Made by a program: the position numbers and the translations under genes. The notes under the pieces are model-generated. The model did no database searches. It saw nothing but the letters and a program-made list of their open reading frames with translations, and was not told where the DNA came from. A DNA stretch of 64,000 nt from an uncultured Alphaproteobacteria bacterium (GTDB taxonomy: Bacteria; Pseudomonadota; Alphaproteobacteria; JALCBB01), in NCBI GenBank assembly GCA_958267355.1, contig OY279575.1, forward strand, positions 540,335 through 604,334. Reading direction: 5' to 3'. Shown in pieces: positions 59,901-64,000 of this stretch. Numbering within the stretch: the first letter of the stretch is position 1; each line of letters opens with the position of its first letter.

Positions 59901-60836
59901 ACTTTGCTGGTTTGGCGGCCTGATCGTTTTGGCTTGGCGCAGTTGTATCAGTTGCGGGGCAGGGTGGGGCGTGGCAATGAAACGGGCTGGGCGTATTTTT
60001 ATACGCGTCCGCATGAGTCTTTGACGCAGGCGGCGCGTCAGCGGTTTGCCGCCTTACAGCGTATGGACGGACTTGGCGTTGGTTTTTCTTTAGCGGCGGC
60101 GGATTTAGAAATTCGCGGTGGCGGAAATTTGTTAGGCGAAGAGCAGAGCGGACAAATCCGTGAAGTGGGTTTGGAATTGTATCAGCGTATGTTAACCGAT
60201 GCGATGAAGGCGGCGCGAGAAAATCGTGACAGGAAAAATCTTAACAAGACAAATCGCGGTGGAAAAAATCGTGGCGAGACAAATCGTGACAGGCAAAATC
60301 GTAATGAGACGAGTCGTGATACGAAGCACCAAGGCGGCAACAAGCTGCCCCCAGACCTGTCAAGCCAAGACGAGTCGCAGAAGACGATTACGGAGTTGAA
60401 GTTAGATTTAGCGTTACGGATTCCTGAAGACTACATAGAAGGTTTGGGTTTGCGGTTAGATTTGTATCGCCGTCTTTCGCGGTTGGAGTCTCCAGAAGCT
60501 TTTCGGGCTTTTCGCGAGGAGATGGAAGACAGGTTTGGCGTTATGCCTGAAGCGATGGATAATTTGTGTCGTGCGATGGCATTGAAGCGGCGGGCTGAAG
60601 CCTTGCGGATCATCCGCGTGGAGGCGCAGGCGCGTATGATTCGCCTGCATTTCGGAGAAGCGGGCTTTAGCAATCCCTTGGGTTTGGTGCGGTGGCTGGA
60701 AGGGGCGCGTGGAGCTGTGTCTTTGGGGGCGGATTCGGTCTTGGTCTGGCGCACGAGTTCTAGCAATGGTGCGGAATTGCTGGAGAAAATCGGTAAGTTT
60801 TTAGCCAAATTGGAGAAGATAGCGGCGGTAGAATGA
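56958..60836 (+). CDS. mfd: transcription-repair coupling factor Mfd with two low-complexity insertions
   Basis: RecG-like helicase core (GDAGFGKTEIA, DEEQRFGV, QLYQLRGRVGRG) and TRCF domain. GTG start overlapping the sdhE stop (GTGA) is inferred. Lys/Glu repeat at 59383-59460 and an RNR(D/N/E)-repeat at 60226-60330. Confidence 0.88.
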   Translation: MSRQADFAGSEPWRLLSLTEHLKAQQTRAVLVTPDRAALERACLSVQFFAPELEVLRFPAWDCRPYDSLSPSAETMALRLSCLHRLSELQNGQDAQDTGTPLLVITSVAAVLQRVAPRTWFAGRSQILKQGTTSGLDSVREFLHRNGYRRVENVALAGEYAVRGGLLDVLTPAAFTPAAFEASSEEAKSEGGHALRLDFFGEELERIRVFDPVSQRSLAEVNSAVLLPASEVLADAKAIKRFRLGWRKHFGAQATRDGLYRQMSALADSSAESQNHNGQTHDSLGEASIVATGADGVGLFHHLPLLHESMETLADFLPRTNFYLEPQVPDYARLREDEVQRGYTTRTELEARENKARRKSALQYEVLEAETQRALPTEALYLKQQELEATIKKTGGQVILGTDEVKGDGVVLARDFASARGTGKLLEELKQEIQAQRRAKRRVLFACFSENSLEHLRGLLSENELTEVQKVTSLAELESLPIEIAGLALLPLGHGFYREGLCIFGEYDLLGKRVQTRGKTRHAEDFVEALAGLHELEPQDLVVHHAHGIGQFLGLETLVADKKPHDCLRVAYRGGDSILVPVEHMDLLSRYGGKTQDVELDLLGRSGWQLRQARVRGRLRDMAERLIALAVERAELRVEPTLADLALYERFKSGFGWVETPDQQEAIAAVEESLSLAHPMERMICGDAGFGKTEIALRASCLVAASGRQVAIVAPTTLLAHQHYRNFKERFADLPFRVAQFSRLVPEAQQKESRALLAAGKVDIAVGTHALLAERISFADLGLLVIDEEQRFGVKQKERLKGLRLPPNEGKSERKGEGKSERQGEKKGEKKSASESENSKEKNSLVNAPHVLTLSATPIPRTLQQALHGITDMSLISTPPPMRTAVRTFIGTWDSAAVREALLREKRRGGQSFVVVPQVRDLESLRDDLERLVPELSVCQLHGGVSAAELEETMVAFLRGDYDVLLSTDIIESGLDIPRANTLLVWRPDRFGLAQLYQLRGRVGRGNETGWAYFYTRPHESLTQAARQRFAALQRMDGLGVGFSLAAADLEIRGGGNLLGEEQSGQIREVGLELYQRMLTDAMKAARENRDRKNLNKTNRGGKNRGETNRDRQNRNETSRDTKHQGGNKLPPDLSSQDESQKTITELKLDLALRIPEDYIEGLGLRLDLYRRLSRLESPEAFRAFREEMEDRFGVMPEAMDNLCRAMALKRRAEALRIIRVEAQARMIRLHFGEAGFSNPLGLVRWLEGARGAVSLGADSVLVWRTSSSNGAELLEKIGKFLAKLEKIAAVE

Positions 60837-61204
60837 GTGGTATAATATATTTTAAAGAAAGAGTTAGGTATTTTAGTTATTAATTTACTTTAACTTTGTA
60901 TGGCTGGCTGAAATTCGGGCTGTAATTGGACAAAAGCGCGGTAAAAGCCTGTTTTTTGGAGAGGGTAAAGTTTTGTTTTTACCTTATATTTGTGGAGATT
61001 AGGGCGAAAATCCTGCGTGTTTTGTGGTAATATAGGGTTTCCGTAGGGGAGTGCTTCCTGCTTTGCTGTGAAGGCTCTGGGGCGTGAAGGCCCAGATTCA
61101 GGTTAAGGCGAGTTAGGTAGGGCGAGTTAGGTGTGGAGCGGTTGCGTTAGTTCGGGGACTGTACAAGGCATTATTGGTTATCAAGCGGAAGATCTGGGGA
61201 AGCA

Positions 61205-64000
61205 ATGGGGCACTACGGAGACTTAGCGGGACGCGCCCGCTTAAGCGTTCTATTGGCGGCGGCGGCGTCTTTGCTGGTGGCGTTGGTGTTGCTGTCGGGT
61301 CCGCAGGTTGGCGGGGCGCAGGAGCAGTCGTTTAGCGAGCCTTCTGATGCGTTGAATAGCGTTGCGGGTAGCGATGAGTTGCCGGAGGCGAGCGAGCGCA
61401 CGGCGCGGATTGGCACGGGTGGTTCGTCCAATGGTAGGGATTCTGAAGGCTTGCGTGATTGGGTGGAAGGCACGGCAGATTCACGCCTTCGTGAGAAGTT
61501 TTTGTCTTATACGGCGGGACGGGCTGAAGATTTAGGAAAATCTATATATGGTTTGAATTTTCAACTGCAGTCGCGATTGACTTGGGGTAGGCACGACAGC
61601 ATTAAGGGTTCGGTTCGGGCGGTAGTTCCGCTGGGCGGACGCGGAGGCAAGAGCGGTGGCAACTGGGCGTATTTTTTACAGCCCAGCATTAACATTTGGG
61701 ATGATGATTTAGACGAGCGGCGCACTGACTTAGGCTTGGGCTTGGTCGGCAGGTTGCGCACGGGTACGGACTCGTCTTTGGGCTTGGGTGGCTTTCTTGA
61801 GCGTGGTCGCTACGGACACGAACGGGCTTCGCTAGGCACCGAGTGGCGGCACCGCCGTTCGTCGGTGGGTGTGAATGCGTACTTGCCGTTAAGCAAGGAG
61901 CGGGCGGGTGTGAATGGCAGGCGCGAGCAAGTTGTTTCGGGCTATGACATTCAGTTGAAGCAGGGGTTTGGTGACAGGCTGGTGCTGTCGGCTTCGGCGA
62001 ACCGCTGGAACAGTAAGACCAGCGAGTCATTGTCTTCGGGTGGAAGCGCGGAAATTTCTTATGCGCTGACTCCGTCTATTCGGGTTTTGAGTGGCTACAC
62101 TTGGAGCGATAAGTCGTTAACCGAACGCGAATCCTATAATGCGGGTTTTGAATTCCGCCTACCTGCTGACAAGCTTTCGGGCTTCCAAGCGGGGGCGCGA
62201 AACCTGTATGAGCCTTTCGCCCGCAACGAGCGGATAACCACGCAGGTTACGCTTGAGGGCAGGCAAGATGTCCTTCTTTTCCTGCGTACGAAGGTTAAAG
62301 TTATGCAGGGTGGAAGTTTGACGGCTAGTTCTCCCTCCAGTCAGATCCAGCAGCCCACGGGTAGCGAATCCGAAGTTAAAGTACCGATTACTTTGCTTTT
62401 TGAAGATACCTTAACCAGAAAAGTTTGCCTTAGGATGGAGTTCAGCGGCACGGCACAAAGCGGGGAAGACTATCTACCTTTGGCTACATATGTGCAATTG
62501 GATCCGAATACAAGAGTTAAAAAATTTGATGCTTTTGATCTATTGAATGACTCGGGGACAAATCCGCATGAGACTGAAGAGTCGGTAACAATTCATTTTC
62601 TTTTAGAAAATATTGATCAGTGTTCAGGAGAGCACGGCGTAGTGGCATCTTATTATGTTTTGAATATTCCTGACGAAGAAAAAATAGAGCGTAACAAGCG
62701 GCTTGGTAGAGAGGAAGTTTTTTCGATTAGTATGCGGCTTGCTCCGCGGGGGACTCCCACGGTTGCTCAGCAAGGCGATTTTCGTTTGCTCCTAGAACTA
62801 GACGATGACAGCGTGGATGAGACTAATGACAATAATAATACGGTTACTGCGACTGTTACGGTGCAGAAGAAAGATGGCAATGCCTATATTGACGCAACAG
62901 CGAGTGATATAAGCGTGCGTAATTTGCCTGATGGTTTGCCCTATCGTTTGGTTTTGTTGAATCGTTCTGCGACCTACGGAGAAGACTTCACGGCAGAAGA
63001 CAGCGAGGCAGATGGTGGAGTCGGGGGTAGAATTGAAGGTGTTTTTGGCAAGGGTGAAAGTGCTTTATCTGCCACGCATGAAATTGAAATCAGCGAAGAC
63101 GACAAGACCGAAGGTGCAGAGAGTTTTGTTGTACAGCTATTTTCTCGATCTGATGAGGTAAACGCGGAGCCTGCGGCGGGCGTATCGGTTGCGATAGCCG
63201 ATACCAGTACTGACCCAGATGTTGCGACACCGCCGACGCGGGTAACCCTTTCGTTGTCGCAGAACAGTAGAACCGAAGGACAAAGCTTAACCATAACCGC
63301 AACTCTGGCAACGGCGGCGGCGGCACAGGTTGATATTCCGATAACGATTGAAGGGCATAGTCAGACTCCTGAAGCGACTCAGGCTGACTTGGCGGATCCG
63401 ATTCCTGACACGATAGAAGTTGCGGCGAGTGCAACAACAGGCACGGCGACGGTTACGATTAAAGACGATACAGATTACGAAAACCTTGAGCGGTTTATTG
63501 TGGCTTTGGGTGAGATGCCTGAAGGCTATGTAGCGGGAGCGGTTGATGGCACAGGTGCGCGGGCGGTTTTTGAAGTGGCGGTAAGTGATATTCCTGCGAT
63601 TGCGAGCGAGCAATTGCAGGTTAAGGCTTTTACTACGCCGAATGTTTTGACCGAGGCGAGTAGCGGGCGCAGTGCGAATTTGTCCATCACGGTTGAGCGT
63701 TCGTCGCAGGATATGGCGGAGGTTAAGAGCTATGACTTCCCGTTGACTTTCACGGATGGCACGGCACAGGCAAGCGAAGAGGGCAAGGAAGATTATGAAA
63801 CGCCTGAGAAGGTGACGGTTTCGTTTGGGGCGAGCGAAACCGAGAAGACGACAACTTTTGGCATTTCGGCGAAGGATGATGATTTAGCTGAAGGCGCACA
63901 GCGTGAAAACTTTTCGTTTCGTTTGGGTAATCCTGCTGATGCGGAGTCGGTCACTTGGTTAGAGTCGGCGGGTTCGCGCACGCGGTTTGTCTCTATTGTT
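61205..64000 (+). CDS. large secreted repeat adhesin, possible inverse autotransporter (intimin/invasin-like beta domain) with Calx-beta-like repeats; 3'-truncated by window end
   Basis: Stop-free frame from ATG 61205 to the window end by my manual translation; it is missing from the ORF track presumably because it is open-ended. Signal peptide LLAAAASLLVALVLLSGPQVGGAQE. The next ~350 aa have an alternating beta pattern, followed by repeats with a Calx-beta-like signature (ENFSFRLGNP, ESFVVQLFS). Confidence 0.55.
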   Translation, partial: MGHYGDLAGRARLSVLLAAAASLLVALVLLSGPQVGGAQEQSFSEPSDALNSVAGSDELPEASERTARIGTGGSSNGRDSEGLRDWVEGTADSRLREKFLSYTAGRAEDLGKSIYGLNFQLQSRLTWGRHDSIKGSVRAVVPLGGRGGKSGGNWAYFLQPSINIWDDDLDERRTDLGLGLVGRLRTGTDSSLGLGGFLERGRYGHERASLGTEWRHRRSSVGVNAYLPLSKERAGVNGRREQVVSGYDIQLKQGFGDRLVLSASANRWNSKTSESLSSGGSAEISYALTPSIRVLSGYTWSDKSLTERESYNAGFEFRLPADKLSGFQAGARNLYEPFARNERITTQVTLEGRQDVLLFLRTKVKVMQGGSLTASSPSSQIQQPTGSESEVKVPITLLFEDTLTRKVCLRMEFSGTAQSGEDYLPLATYVQLDPNTRVKKFDAFDLLNDSGTNPHETEESVTIHFLLENIDQCSGEHGVVASYYVLNIPDEEKIERNKRLGREEVFSISMRLAPRGTPTVAQQGDFRLLLELDDDSVDETNDNNNTVTATVTVQKKDGNAYIDATASDISVRNLPDGLPYRLVLLNRSATYGEDFTAEDSEADGGVGGRIEGVFGKGESALSATHEIEISEDDKTEGAESFVVQLFSRSDEVNAEPAAGVSVAIADTSTDPDVATPPTRVTLSLSQNSRTEGQSLTITATLATAAAAQVDIPITIEGHSQTPEATQADLADPIPDTIEVAASATTGTATVTIKDDTDYENLERFIVALGEMPEGYVAGAVDGTGARAVFEVAVSDIPAIASEQLQVKAFTTPNVLTEASSGRSANLSITVERSSQDMAEVKSYDFPLTFTDGTAQASEEGKEDYETPEKVTVSFGASETEKTTTFGISAKDDDLAEGAQRENFSFRLGNPADAESVTWLESAGSRTRFVSIV

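Noticed and set aside
61213-63613. Minus-strand ORFs 61213..61473, 61689..62030, 62974..63294, 63090..63437, 63287..63613
   Set aside because: All are antisense to the long stop-free plus-strand adhesin frame, with His/Pro/Arg/Cys-rich composition typical of antisense GC-rich translation.

Overview
High-GC alphaproteobacterial chromosomal segment. GcrA, the NDUFA12-like protein, split glyQ/glyS, petA-petB and the lptD-surA-pdxA-ksgA order all point to Alphaproteobacteria. Most of the window is housekeeping: cytochrome bc1, hemF, a CCA/poly(A) polymerase-family nucleotidyltransferase, a MoxR-DUF58-large membrane protein operon, gcrA, ispB, glyQS, ppdK, mscS, mlaD, B12-dependent class II RNR nrdJ, ridA, sua5, gmk, ksgA, pdxA, surA, lptD, lptF/G, pepA, holC, ndk, recG, sdhE and mfd. 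Four things stand out. (1) A tRNA-Leu-flanked accessory island (~9.9-14.6 kb) carries a low-GC class-3 lipase and a large lipoprotein with two tandem S8-subtilase-like domains and an autotransporter-like C-terminus, bounded by mosaics of dispersed inverted and direct repeats. (2) A B12/corrinoid-dependent C1 cluster (~33.3-41.1 kb) holds an MttB-superfamily methyltransferase, a corrinoid protein, DUF1638, a small conserved protein, MetF, formate-THF ligase, a BioY-like transporter and a GFA protein. This is a candidate quaternary-amine demethylation and oxidation pathway with no recognisable methylcorrinoid:THF methyltransferase. (3) Minisatellites are unusually abundant. In-frame 15/18/21/30-bp tandem repeats sit inside essential genes (DUF58, ispB, nrdJ, sua5, mfd), and 12-30-bp tandem arrays sit in many divergent promoter regions. 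(4) Low-GC patches include the middle of glyS, an acidic PDPE-repeat lipoprotein and parts of a 3'-truncated Calx-beta-like repeat adhesin at the window end.
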